The position numbers were made by a program, and so were the translations under genes. This document shows, one piece after another, positions 8,372 through 17,543 of a stretch of DNA of 29,924 nucleotides. Below the pieces are notes generated by a model, which was not told the origin of the DNA, did not search any database, and saw nothing but the letters and a program-made list of their open reading frames with translations. Every line of letters begins with the position of its first letter. The stretch's first letter is position 1. Source of the stretch: a virus (Duplodnaviria; Caudoviricetes); IMG/VR virus record IMGVR_UViG_3300037863_000154, positions 1 through 29,924 of that record. One strand, 5' to 3'.

Positions 8372-8848
8372 ATGAAAAAAATATGTATTGTTGCTAATAA
8401 TCCTCATGTCTGTCACATACCAGATGGCTATCATTACTATGTTCATTTTAATTGGGCAAATAACTTTGCATTAACTCCGGGGGACAAGAGCATAATGGCA
8501 ATGAGATACAACAGCCTAATGGAAACGCTACAGAAAGTCAAGTGGCACGACTATTGCAAATATGCTAGTCACACTATAGCTATCGGAATTCCTTCGCTTA
8601 TTCGTAAATTTGACACAAAAGTAGAGATTATAGATACCAGTCAAACGCCAAGCCCTCCCGGACAAAAGGCCTATCCGACCTCTGGCTTTGCAGCAATACA
8701 TTATTATTTAAATAAGGGCTATGACGTTACAATATGTGGTTTTGATATTGAGAAGGCTATATATTATGCAAAATCCAGACACCCCCTTGACTGGGAGAAG
8801 GAGCAGATCGCACAAATGATCACAGACAAAAAGATTAAATCTATATAG
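8372..8848 (+). CDS. GT29/sialyltransferase-like glycosyltransferase
   Basis: KKICIVAN start, YVHFN, PTSGFAAIHYY, VTICGFD and H..DWEKE pattern resembling sialyl motifs. Confidence 0.55.
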   Translation: MKKICIVANNPHVCHIPDGYHYYVHFNWANNFALTPGDKSIMAMRYNSLMETLQKVKWHDYCKYASHTIAIGIPSLIRKFDTKVEIIDTSQTPSPPGQKAYPTSGFAAIHYYLNKGYDVTICGFDIEKAIYYAKSRHPLDWEKEQIAQMITDKKIKSI

Positions 8849-8866
8849 TTGTGGTAGAATATTATT

Positions 8867-9136
8867 ATGCCATATAGTGTTGGGCCAAGGGAGTCTTACG
8901 GTTGCTCCGGATACCCCGTCTTAAAAGACGGTACAACTGAAGTAATGGGCTGCCATGATACCGCAGAAGCCGCTCAGTCACAAATTTCTGCAATCAATAT
9001 GAGCGAAGCCGAGAAGGGTAAAAAGAAAATGACATCAGCAATGGGGCAGCCATATCCTGCAGATAACAGGGAATCATTTTTTAACTGGAGCACTCCGGTT
9101 CGCAAACCAGAAAGATCTAATTTTAGGTTAGGATAA
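8867..9136 (+). CDS. Small phage protein, possibly head-associated
   Basis: MPY...GCSGYPVLK..MGCHDT motif. Leaderless, after TGGTAGAAT (8852-8860). Confidence 0.65.
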   Translation: MPYSVGPRESYGCSGYPVLKDGTTEVMGCHDTAEAAQSQISAINMSEAEKGKKKMTSAMGQPYPADNRESFFNWSTPVRKPERSNFRLG

Positions 9137-9138
9137 TA

Positions 9139-10278
9139 ATGTCAAACAAAATAGAAAAAAAATACACGGTAAGGTCAAACTACCAAGGCTGTGAAGGATT
9201 TGCTCTCGTTGAAATAGATGATGATGGGGAAGAGGATCTTGAGGGTTGCTACGAAACAAGAGAGCAGGCAGAAGCTGCTGCTCGTATGGAAAATTCATCT
9301 GAAGAAGAGTCAGGACTTGAGTCAAGTCCGGAACCAGATAACGTAATAAGCTCAACTATGGGAAAACAGGATGCGCCAATAAAAGAAGGTGACTTCGTAA
9401 TGGGGCAGACCACAGAAGGTATTGTTCACGGTGTAGTGGAGCACATCATGTGGGAGGGCGGAACACTTGGAACACCTGGCTCCGACTATGCCATTGAGTC
9501 TATGACACCAGAAAATCCAGCAATGTCTGTAAGGGTTTATGAGGAAGACGAAGGCGATAGCTGGGCTCCTACGGCCTATAGTATAGGCATGATGTATGTT
9601 GATGCCGTTGTTGTAGACATGGAAGATCACGACATGGACGAAGACGACATGGAGTATATGTCTAAAGCTGAAACATATTCTCCCAGTGATGGAATGAAGT
9701 CTGCAGCAAGACGAGCATTGAAGTGGAAGGCAGATGGAAAAGCCACTGGTGCCGGAACTCCTGTTGGCTGGGGTAGGGCAAGTGACATCGTAGCGAGTCG
9801 TTCAATGTCTCTTAGCGTAGTTAAAAGAATGTATTCTTTCTTCTCTCGTCACGAGGTGGACAAGAAGGGCAAAGGATTCTACGATGGCCCAGACTTTCCT
9901 TCTAAGGGTAGAGTCATGTGGGATGCATGGGGTGGAGACGCAGGATTCTCCTGGTCTCGCAAAATAGCAGAAAGAGAAAGGGGCAAAGCCTTGTTTTCAG
10001 ATTTTGGAAAAGATTTTACAAGAGTAAATAGATTAACAGAGATTTTTAAAGCTGAGTCTGTTCGTGTAGGACAGATGGTATCCTGGAATTCTTCTGGCGG
10101 TACTGCCAGGGGTAAGGTAAAAAGAATTATCACTAACGGATCATACAATGTACCAGGTACAGATGTAACAGTTAGCGGAACACCTGAAGATCCTGCTGCA
10201 GTCATTACTCTTTATCGTAATGGAGAGGCTACAGATACTATCGTAGCACACAAGGTTAAGACCTTGAGAGCATCCTAG
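9139..10278 (+). CDS. Multidomain protein with two SH3/Tudor-like (DUF2945/HVA1-like) repeats
   Basis: C-terminal VGQMVSWNSSGGTARGKVKRII, an internal paralogous repeat, a central RMYSFFSRH...WDAWGGDAG domain and acidic linkers. Confidence 0.7.
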   Translation: MSNKIEKKYTVRSNYQGCEGFALVEIDDDGEEDLEGCYETREQAEAAARMENSSEEESGLESSPEPDNVISSTMGKQDAPIKEGDFVMGQTTEGIVHGVVEHIMWEGGTLGTPGSDYAIESMTPENPAMSVRVYEEDEGDSWAPTAYSIGMMYVDAVVVDMEDHDMDEDDMEYMSKAETYSPSDGMKSAARRALKWKADGKATGAGTPVGWGRASDIVASRSMSLSVVKRMYSFFSRHEVDKKGKGFYDGPDFPSKGRVMWDAWGGDAGFSWSRKIAERERGKALFSDFGKDFTRVNRLTEIFKAESVRVGQMVSWNSSGGTARGKVKRIITNGSYNVPGTDVTVSGTPEDPAAVITLYRNGEATDTIVAHKVKTLRAS

Positions 10279-10295
10279 AAGCCACTAAACACTTC

Positions 10296-10319
10296 TAGGG
10301 GTACTGTAACATACCCCTA
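10296..10319 (+). terminator. Stem-loop, probable terminator
   Basis: TAGGGGTA-N8-TACCCCTA, followed by AT-rich sequence. Confidence 0.5.
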
Positions 10320-10382
10320 ATTTGAATAAAGAGATTGTTTATTTTATTTTACATATAAGAACAGGATGATATACTTTTTATT

Positions 10383-11105
10383 ATGAATGGCCACACTGTA
10401 ATTATTCTTCTTGTTTGGCAAAGGATTCAAAAGCTTGAACAAACACTTACTTCTTTAGCAAATCAAACAGATAGAAACTTTGACATTCATATTACTAATG
10501 GCAACATTGACTACAGAGACAAGGTTGATCGTATAGCGGACAGCTTCAAGTCTAAAGGGCTCCACATCAACGTGTCTCATGATGGCAACGACTACTCAAC
10601 ATTTAGAAGATTCTTTGTTGCAAAAAAATATGCAGAGATGGGTTATGATAGGGTGTTCTTTCTAGATGACGACATTCTTATTCCAAAAAATTATATTAAA
10701 AATATGCTTGCCCAATACAAGCCGCAGACATATTTTTCTGGTTATGCTTGGAGATTTTTTAAATCACCAAAAAATTATTGGAAGGATAGGACAAGGGTTC
10801 ATGACGCGACAGAAGAAGTTCATTATGGCGGTGCTGGCATTAGTATGATGGATATATCTTTATTTAAAGATGAAAGACTTTTTGATGTTATGGATCCGTT
10901 AGCATACCAGATAGATGATCTTTGGCTTTCTTATTTTTGTAAATGCATAAATAAATGGCCAATCGTTGCAGCTAGTGTTTCGGGGGTAGTTATTGGTGGA
11001 GGAGATTCTGTAGCACTTTATAGAAAACTTAAGAATGGCGAAAAAGATCAAAAAACATTATTTTTGCATAAACTAATTAAAGAGGTCGGTTGGGATCTTT
11101 TGTAA
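10383..11105 (+). CDS. GT-A fold (GT2-like) glycosyltransferase
   Basis: SLANQT, FFLDDD (DxD) and DDLWLS motifs. Leaderless, after TGATATACT. Confidence 0.82.
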   Translation: MNGHTVIILLVWQRIQKLEQTLTSLANQTDRNFDIHITNGNIDYRDKVDRIADSFKSKGLHINVSHDGNDYSTFRRFFVAKKYAEMGYDRVFFLDDDILIPKNYIKNMLAQYKPQTYFSGYAWRFFKSPKNYWKDRTRVHDATEEVHYGGAGISMMDISLFKDERLFDVMDPLAYQIDDLWLSYFCKCINKWPIVAASVSGVVIGGGDSVALYRKLKNGEKDQKTLFLHKLIKEVGWDLL

Positions 11106-11316
11106 TCTTGTTTACATATGAATGAATATCCATTGCTCTCATTGGGTTTCCATGCAAAATATCCTTAAATATTGACAACACCCTGTTTCTTTCCATTCTT
11201 ACACCAGCGGAGTAGGCCTCTATTTCAAGATTAGTTATCTGAACTGGATCTCTCCAGCCTTCTTTTTGTGCTTTACGCAAAAATTCTTCGTAATTAGGAT
11301 GGTCTTTTAATGACAT
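11077..11316 (-). CDS. Hypothetical protein
   Basis: 79-aa ORF with AYSAGVRMERNRV pattern. Its 3' end overlaps the convergent glycosyltransferase gene. Confidence 0.55.
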   Translation of the reverse strand: MSLKDHPNYEEFLRKAQKEGWRDPVQITNLEIEAYSAGVRMERNRVLSIFKDILHGNPMRAMDIHSYVNKITKDPNRPL

Positions 11317-12025
11317 ACCCTCGCCTCACATCTGGTAGGTGCCCACTTGCAGAATACTTCTCCATATCTGTATGCAGGCTTCCTTTCCACTCCCCCTCTG
11401 GAGCCTCTTCGTCATTCCAAACGGGAATGATCTTGGTTCCGACGGGGTATTCATCAAATGGATCATTGCCCCATCGCAAATGTATCTCAATAATTAAATC
11501 ACCAATCATTTCAACATTAAACTTTACAACCCTTCTATCATTAAAGAATGGAAGTCCTAAGTAAAACATGTTTAATTGTTCTGCGGTTGGTGCATGAAGC
11601 GGATCGTCCTTTACCCAGTTACTAAACTTAGTTAGGTTTTCTTTGCTTTCATGCTCTCCCACCAAAACTGAGCGGGTATGCCAATCTTCATCCCTATACT
11701 CATAATCAATAGATACATGGTCACCATCCAGCCACTCACACCAGAATGATCCTGGAGGAACTACGCCATTGTTAATAATTTGAGAGTACATTGACTCGTT
11801 ATATTCAAACTTGGTAGCACCAATGCCCATACCGTAAAGATTGTATGCTGGTCGATAAATGTATGTGCCAGCTCGAGGTGGAGCAGACCCCGCCGGGCCA
11901 GCATTCAAATCTTGCCTAAGAGCTACTTCCAGCTTATTAAACACCCAAAGATAGTCATTGTCATACTTAAATGTTTCCCAGGCTTGAAAGTCTTCTTCTA
12001 TCATTGGCTTTTTAAATTGTTCCAT
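11294..12025 (-). CDS. Phage protein, possibly ATP-grasp-like
   Basis: WVFNKL, YIYRPAYNLYGMG, FWCEWLDGDHVSIDY and NVEMIG..IIEIHLR motifs. Confidence 0.55.
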   Translation of the reverse strand: MEQFKKPMIEEDFQAWETFKYDNDYLWVFNKLEVALRQDLNAGPAGSAPPRAGTYIYRPAYNLYGMGIGATKFEYNESMYSQIINNGVVPPGSFWCEWLDGDHVSIDYEYRDEDWHTRSVLVGEHESKENLTKFSNWVKDDPLHAPTAEQLNMFYLGLPFFNDRRVVKFNVEMIGDLIIEIHLRWGNDPFDEYPVGTKIIPVWNDEEAPEGEWKGSLHTDMEKYSASGHLPDVRRGYVIKRPS

Positions 12026-12033
12026 GCTGAGCG

Positions 12034-12591
12034 TTATGACCTTATTGCTTTAGCAAAGACAACTCTTGAAGCCGTCTTTGATGCGCTAATGATAGCTATT
12101 GGTGCTGAGACGCTGAGCACCACACCAGCCCACATCTGAGGCTCTGTCCAGTTCCAAGACCAGTAATCAAAAGTATGAAAGCCATTTGCTAAGACAGCTA
12201 TCCCACCAAAGGCAACCATGCCAGCAACCGCTCCGTATGTTGACTCGGTCTTTCCTCTTTGGTCAACCCTTGATACCAAGACAAGATAGGCAACAAGAAA
12301 TAAAAGATACATTAATTCGATAAAGAAGAAAAATAATCCTGCCATCCAGCTAGCACTAAGCCCAACGAACGCTGCTACAGCCGTAATACCATTAAAAGAA
12401 ACTATAGCAGAAGCAATAAAAGCTATTCCAATTCCTATGATCCATGCCCATAGAACTACTTTTTGATCTATCTGAACTCTTGGGGCACGCTTAGATTCTT
12501 GAATTTCATATATTGTTTTCTTTGGTGTCTCTTCAACCAAAGCAACGGGTTCCTTGACGATCAAAAGATTCTCCTTGTCATTAATAAGCAT
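12034..12591 (-). CDS. Four-TM membrane protein
   Basis: Four hydrophobic segments. The likely leaderless ATG at 12591 follows TATAAT. Confidence 0.7.
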   Translation of the reverse strand: MLINDKENLLIVKEPVALVEETPKKTIYEIQESKRAPRVQIDQKVVLWAWIIGIGIAFIASAIVSFNGITAVAAFVGLSASWMAGLFFFFIELMYLLFLVAYLVLVSRVDQRGKTESTYGAVAGMVAFGGIAVLANGFHTFDYWSWNWTEPQMWAGVVLSVSAPIAIISASKTASRVVFAKAIRS

Positions 12592-12611
12592 AATATTATT
12601 ATACACTAGAT

Positions 12612-12890
12612 TCAGTTCATTCTGTTCCAAGTTCTTAGTCTGTGACAATTTGAACACACCAGCTCACACTTGGCTATCTCTTCTTTAATTGTCTTAATGC
12701 TCGCCGAGCTATTTGTTAGTTTAGCTATGTTGTTCTTCTTACTGGCAAGATGATCAAAATCCATTTGACTGTAGTGGTATTTTATTTTACAATCTGTGCA
12801 TGGCCGATCTTCTTTGATGCGCCTGACAAAGTCTTTGTTGCGCTCTAAAATTTTCTTACGTGCTAGCTTTTGCTTTTCGTATTCTGTCAC
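12612..12890 (-). CDS. HNH endonuclease
   Basis: PCTDC..MDFDH...KCELVCSNCHRLRT. Confidence 0.85.
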   Translation of the reverse strand: MTEYEKQKLARKKILERNKDFVRRIKEDRPCTDCKIKYHYSQMDFDHLASKKNNIAKLTNSSASIKTIKEEIAKCELVCSNCHRLRTWNRMN

Positions 12891-12908
12891 CTTATATATA
12901 TTATACAG

Positions 12909-13538
12909 TTAATTCTGTAAAAATATATTGTGTCTGGTGCTAGTTTGCCTAGAGGGCATACTAAACGTTGTTTCAGCCATATATCTTCCGCTTTGTGCAA
13001 AGGTAGGATGTTGATTACAATAGACATTCCAATACTTTAAAGTCTCTGCACGACCCTTGTCCTGGTTATCTGCAATACTAATAAAGAAATCAGCGGACTT
13101 AATTAAAAACCTAATATAATCTCTGTTTAAGTAAAGTATTGCATGAGCAGAAAGCATGTTTAGTATTCTATAGTTCTTGCCATCTGCCTTTTCTGCAACT
13201 ATTTGTTTGATGCCCTTTCCAGAAGAAAGGCCCCACTTGGATATTCCCAAATAATAGGCATCTGAATCTGAGGGTATATCTATGGTATTTTTAAAGTTAG
13301 TCGGATAGACATCATCTTCAAGAATGATTACAGGTTCACTATATGTCAGAGCTAGCTCTAGAGCTTTTTTGTGTGAGATTGCCACACCAAGCTTTTTGAG
13401 TGTGTTTTTTACACCGGACACCCTGGCAATCTTATTAAAACCAAGATCTTCTAGATGTTGCAAGAGTGCCATTTTCTTGTCTTTGTCCGAGTCCAAGTTT
13501 ATGTATATAACCTGACAATCTTTTAAGCTTATTTCCAT
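12909..13538 (-). CDS. GT25-like glycosyltransferase
   Basis: YINLD, GVAISHKKAL, IILEDD, YLG and LSAHAILY motifs. Confidence 0.82.
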   Translation of the reverse strand: MEISLKDCQVIYINLDSDKDKKMALLQHLEDLGFNKIARVSGVKNTLKKLGVAISHKKALELALTYSEPVIILEDDVYPTNFKNTIDIPSDSDAYYLGISKWGLSSGKGIKQIVAEKADGKNYRILNMLSAHAILYLNRDYIRFLIKSADFFISIADNQDKGRAETLKYWNVYCNQHPTFAQSGRYMAETTFSMPSRQTSTRHNIFLQN

Positions 13539-13754
13539 TTATTCCTCTATTACCATCTCTATCGTATCACCCCATCTCATATAAGGCCTAAGAAAAAAGT
13601 CAGAGATTCTACCGCAAATGTTTGCAAAAGATCTTAAGGCCCAGTTGTCTGTTTGCCTAATTTCATTAAACACAAGCTCAACCTTTACCGCCTCTTCCTG
13701 ACCCAAGACTGAGTATATGGCATTGTCTAAGTCACGTTCTAGATCTTCTTCCAT
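13539..13754 (-). CDS. Hypothetical protein
   Basis: 71-aa ORF abutting both neighbours. Confidence 0.6.
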   Translation of the reverse strand: MEEDLERDLDNAIYSVLGQEEAVKVELVFNEIRQTDNWALRSFANICGRISDFFLRPYMRWGDTIEMVIEE

Positions 13755-14482
13755 TATGCACCCAGACCAAATAGGTTTCTTAAGAAACTGGTAACATTGG
13801 AAGCAAGTCTTAAAATAGACTCTACAAAACCAGCGTCTTCCTGCTGACCATCCAAAGCTACTTCTACATCCTGTTCTAGGTTATTTTCTAATTCATATAC
13901 TCCTTCATATTCAAAAATACTCTTTTCTTCTATAGAGGAAATTTCTACTCGTATATAGTTTTCAGAACTATCTACGAAGCCTTCAGACAAAGATACATCT
14001 GCAGACTGGTCGTTATCGGTAAACCTTAGATTTGCACTTTGCTCAACAGGGGCTTCGCTTCCTTGCGGATAAACTTCAGTCCTTGTGCCAACCACACCGC
14101 CATTACTATGCACATCAGTTGTGACAGAGTGTGTGTTGTTTTCGGAATGATATTGTACCTGTGTCCCCGGAGAGGAAAGGAGTCCTGCCTGCCCCGGTTG
14201 CTGGAATACCAACTGACAGCCAGGGCACGGGGAGTTGGTTGGAAGTCTTCCTCCCCAATTACCATCATTTCCACATTGTGATTCTGTGCAAATGATTGCG
14301 TTTACAACATTGCCGCCCTCATCTACCACAGACCAGACACCGGGCTCATCTGTAACTGGCTCGGGTGCCGATTCCTCAACAATTACGTCTTCTTGGATTT
14401 CTTCAGCAGATGCCGGGGTCGGGGTAAAAAGAATATACCACGCAACAGAAAAAGATAAAACGCTAATAAAAACTTTAATCAT
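13754..14482 (-). CDS. Secreted or surface acidic protein
   Basis: Signal peptide ending PASA-EE, and a Cys-containing domain (IICTESQCG, CPGC). Confidence 0.7.
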   Translation of the reverse strand: MIKVFISVLSFSVAWYILFTPTPASAEEIQEDVIVEESAPEPVTDEPGVWSVVDEGGNVVNAIICTESQCGNDGNWGGRLPTNSPCPGCQLVFQQPGQAGLLSSPGTQVQYHSENNTHSVTTDVHSNGGVVGTRTEVYPQGSEAPVEQSANLRFTDNDQSADVSLSEGFVDSSENYIRVEISSIEEKSIFEYEGVYELENNLEQDVEVALDGQQEDAGFVESILRLASNVTSFLRNLFGLGA

Positions 14483-14699
14483 TATCATTACTCCTTGTGT
14501 TTGTTTCTTTGTTTTCTTTAATAAAGTTTAGCCATGCGATCCATGCATAAACTGCCTTTTCAGCATACTCTTCATCCCAGTCTTCTGTTTCGAAAGACCA
14601 GTCACCAGCCTGATATAACGTGTTGGTTTCTCCGTTTGTCAACTTCCAATCCCTTAGGAGTTCTACATTTGGAATATTTGTTTTGTCAAATTTAAACAT
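14475..14699 (-). CDS. Hypothetical protein
   Basis: Likely start MFKFDK. Overlaps the next gene. Confidence 0.6.
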   Translation of the reverse strand: MFKFDKTNIPNVELLRDWKLTNGETNTLYQAGDWSFETEDWDEEYAEKAVYAWIAWLNFIKENKETNTRSNDND

Positions 14700-14778
14700 G
14701 TTTTCTCTCTTACCCTTCTTGTCCATATTATTTAAAAACATATGACCATTCTCTCACATAAAATACAAAGTGTCAACA

Positions 14779-14928
14779 TTAAACCTGTATTGGTCCGGTG
14801 TCCTGACCAACGGTGTCAACAAATGTTTTGATATAACCACAATAGAAGCACATCTCATACATGTGAAACAAGTCTTTAACCTTTATTGTTGAGTAGTTAA
14901 GTTTTGTATCGCAGTTTGGACAAAGCAA
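14779..14928 (-). CDS. Small zinc-ribbon protein
   Basis: Manual translation (M)LCPNCDTKL...MCFYCGY, 49 aa. Confidence 0.5.
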   Translation of the reverse strand: MLCPNCDTKLNYSTIKVKDLFHMYEMCFYCGYIKTFVDTVGQDTGPIQV

Positions 14929-14933
14929 ATTTT

Positions 14934-15197
14934 TTACCTAGCCAAAATATTTTCTACTATTTCTGTAATGGCGTCTTGTACAATTTCGTAATCCTGGTAT
15001 TCTTCGGATACTTCTTTAATTAAAGAAATAGACTCTTCTCTCATTTGTTCACGACCTTCCGAAAGAACTTCTTTAATAAGGTCAGAAATTTTTTCTATGA
15101 AGCTTTCGGGCACAGGAATTGGGCTTGAGCCATCCAAAACAAGGAATGGGGCACCGTTAATATCAATCACATCAAGAGTGTGCAAATTCTTTCTCAC
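14934..15197 (-). CDS. Hypothetical protein
   Basis: 87-aa acidic ORF. Confidence 0.6.
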   Translation of the reverse strand: MRKNLHTLDVIDINGAPFLVLDGSSPIPVPESFIEKISDLIKEVLSEGREQMREESISLIKEVSEEYQDYEIVQDAITEIVENILAR

Positions 15198-15343
15198 CTT
15201 TTCTTCCTGGGCAGTGGTTTTATATATCCGCCTGCTTTTTGATAATTAGCGGACGCATCAAGGAATGACTCTCCACATTTACAGTCAACCCTTCGGTCAA
15301 CCGATTCAATTATGTCACCGCAGATAAAGCATTCTGCCGTCAT
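15194..15343 (-). CDS. Small zinc-ribbon protein
   Basis: Manual translation MTAECFICGDIIES...CKCGESFLD. GTGA overlap with the next gene. Leaderless, after TGATAGAAT. Confidence 0.6.
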   Translation of the reverse strand: MTAECFICGDIIESVDRRVDCKCGESFLDASANYQKAGGYIKPLPRKKR

Positions 15344-15386
15344 GTAATTATTCTATCATCATTGTTAAAAAATTTTTTATTTTTTG

Positions 15387-15415
15387 TTGACAACAACAAA
15401 CTTTTCCGGTACTAT
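15387..15415 (+). promoter_or_regulatory. SigA-type promoter at a divergence point
   Basis: TTGACA-N17-TACTAT, with ATG 7 nt downstream (leaderless). Confidence 0.7.
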
Positions 15416-15421
15416 TTATAT

Positions 15422-15655
15422 ATGAGTATAGGAGATAAGATTGAGGAAGAGCTTGAAAAAATGCAAGCTCGTCGTAATGCTATTTGGAATGATCTAAAGG
15501 ATCACGCGGTCACTCTGAGTGCCGTCACACAAGTGACTCTAATAGCAGAGGTTGCCAGCATTGACAACCACATTAGAGATATGAAGCAACAGCTAGAAGA
15601 CATGGGCTGGCAGGAATTTATGATGAGTATTTGGAATGAAGAGGAGCCATTTTAA
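15422..15655 (+). CDS. Hypothetical coiled-coil protein
   Basis: Start MSIGDKIEEE. Coupled to the next gene. Confidence 0.65.
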   Translation: MSIGDKIEEELEKMQARRNAIWNDLKDHAVTLSAVTQVTLIAEVASIDNHIRDMKQQLEDMGWQEFMMSIWNEEEPF

Positions 15656-15930
15656 TGGAAAAAGATATTAGTTTTGATGACTGGGTTAAAGAGGGATATA
15701 GTCGTGGATGGATTGGTCCACCCATCTGTCAGACACATGATGGAATACCAATGACAGAGCAGGAGGACAAAGATTTCGACGAAGGTGGAGATCCCTGTGT
15801 TCATGTCATAAGGCTCTATGAAGATGAGTCCATCAAGTTGGGTGTAGAACAAAACCATAGCCCCTCAATTTGGAGGGCGTCAAACCAGGGCTTGGGCAAA
15901 AGCGACCGTGCCGTAACTTGGGGTGAATGA
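15655..15930 (+). CDS. Hypothetical phage protein
   Basis: GWIGPPICQTHDGIP...GGDPCVHVIRLY motif. Confidence 0.7.
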   Translation: MEKDISFDDWVKEGYSRGWIGPPICQTHDGIPMTEQEDKDFDEGGDPCVHVIRLYEDESIKLGVEQNHSPSIWRASNQGLGKSDRAVTWGE

Positions 15931-16226
15931 TGGAAGACGAGACTTACCTTAGACTGACTATGGAGTCAGGTTCTGTGTATACTTATGAGCATGGGATTGT
16001 TGTTATTGATCCCGTCAAAGGTTCTAAGTATGCCATCAAGGCCTGGTATTTCTTTGCCTTCGACCCAGAAGAGCTGGATAATTGGGACGGATTGGCCAAG
16101 TTCATTGATATCGCTGAAAGAAAAGAGCCAGAGGTTGGTCGCAGGGTATTGGTGTATGGTAAAGACGAATGGCGTATTTCTACTAAAATTATTAGATTGG
16201 AGACAGCAAATGCCGATTCACGTTGA
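15927..16226 (+). CDS. Hypothetical protein
   Basis: ATGA overlap with the previous gene. ESGSVY and STKI motifs. Confidence 0.65.
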   Translation: MMEDETYLRLTMESGSVYTYEHGIVVIDPVKGSKYAIKAWYFFAFDPEELDNWDGLAKFIDIAERKEPEVGRRVLVYGKDEWRISTKIIRLETANADSR

Positions 16227-16509
16227 TATTAGAATAAATGAAAAACTAATCAATAGCCTACACATTGGTCGTATGAAGGGCGGAACAAACCCGGATGACG
16301 TCAACGACTATTTAGTTGTTGAAGGAAAAGAACCAGAATTATTTGCAGACTGGGTAACATATGGCATACCCTTTCGGCACAGATACGGTGCTGGAGCCGA
16401 GGTATGTGTAATGAAAGCAATTCAAATTATTAAAGATTGTGACAACTATATGAAAGATGAAGAGTTTCTTGAATATCTTCATAAGATAGAAGGGGAAGAC
16501 AATGAGTAA
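16210..16509 (+). CDS. Hypothetical protein
   Basis: Start MPIHVDIRIN. FRHRYGAGAEVCV motif. Confidence 0.65.
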   Translation: MPIHVDIRINEKLINSLHIGRMKGGTNPDDVNDYLVVEGKEPELFADWVTYGIPFRHRYGAGAEVCVMKAIQIIKDCDNYMKDEEFLEYLHKIEGEDNE

Positions 16510-16705
16510 AAAAGACGAGGCTTGGGGTAAGAGAAAAGATAAGGTTTGGGGTATTGGATCTTTGTTTATTAAATACATTCACTACTACCCTGGCATGGGC
16601 AGCATTAGTACCTGGGGTTTTCAAACATCTAACTTTAAGGGTTTTAGTGTTGATTTCTTTTTTGGTAGGCACGTAATTGTATTTTACTTCGATTGGATGG
16701 ACTAA
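16502..16705 (+). CDS. Hypothetical protein
   Basis: 67-aa ORF within an operon. Confidence 0.55.
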   Translation: MSKKDEAWGKRKDKVWGIGSLFIKYIHYYPGMGSISTWGFQTSNFKGFSVDFFFGRHVIVFYFDWMD

Positions 16706-17209
16706 ATGTTTGTAATTAGACTACCAAGAAGGAAGCCGATTACTTCGGTGACCAACGATGAGTTGGATAAGATTCTTGAACCATACTATGGATCGGACAA
16801 GAACGGTGGATACTTTATTGGTGCTGGTTTCGGGGCGGGATGGAATGACATTGTTCTAGACCTACACAATAAACTGGTTAAAGAACACCCAGAGTATTAT
16901 ATTATTCAAATCAAAGAGAAGTTTGGCGGACTGCGTTACTATGTTGGACGTGTAGGTGATCTTGGACATGATTTGATTAATAAGGCTGAGGAGCTGTCCT
17001 ACAAAACGTGTGAGCGTTGTGGCCGAGCTGGCAAGGAACGTCCTACCGGTTGGGTTCTTACGCTGTGTTGGTGGGATTGGGTTTCTCAGGAGATAAACCA
17101 CAACATTAGGGCAATTGAGGTAAATGGCTTTATGGGATGGATTAGAGTTCGTTCTAATAAACGAAAGATGGTAAGGAAGTGGAAAAAGAATGAGCGAATG
17201 GGTAGATGA
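16706..17209 (+). CDS. Conserved phage hypothetical protein with Zn ligands
   Basis: GAGW, QIKEKFGGLRYY, TCERCG and GWVLTLC motifs. Confidence 0.75.
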   Translation: MFVIRLPRRKPITSVTNDELDKILEPYYGSDKNGGYFIGAGFGAGWNDIVLDLHNKLVKEHPEYYIIQIKEKFGGLRYYVGRVGDLGHDLINKAEELSYKTCERCGRAGKERPTGWVLTLCWWDWVSQEINHNIRAIEVNGFMGWIRVRSNKRKMVRKWKKNERMGR

Positions 17210-17543
17210 CTTTGGTACAAGGGTATTCGGCGTTCACTCTAAAGGGGCGTGTGCTGGGGAGCACTGCACAATCCACAATCCTTCCGACCATGTCATGAAA
17301 GACTTCAAGCAACTGTGGCGATACGATCGTGGCATTATGGAGCGTGTTTGTACTCATGGTGTGGGGCATCCAGACCCAGATGAGACTGCACTAAAAGGCC
17401 CAAACGGTTGGGCGGAAGCAGTCCACGGCTGTGACGGGTGTTGTGTAGACACCGTATATGATTTTCCAACTGGTGAAGATTTCCTTGCATGGCTAAACTC
17501 ACAAGATAAAGTTATAAAAGAAAGAAGGGAAAGGGGCCACTAA
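17190..17543 (+). CDS. Cys/His-rich hypothetical protein
   Basis: CTIHNPSDH, ERVCTHGVGHPDPD and HGCDGCC motifs. Confidence 0.75.
   Translation: MSEWVDDFGTRVFGVHSKGACAGEHCTIHNPSDHVMKDFKQLWRYDRGIMERVCTHGVGHPDPDETALKGPNGWAEAVHGCDGCCVDTVYDFPTGEDFLAWLNSQDKVIKERRERGH

Noticed and set aside
12612-12890. HNH gene as part of an intron
   Set aside because: It is free-standing between two intact genes, with no split host gene.
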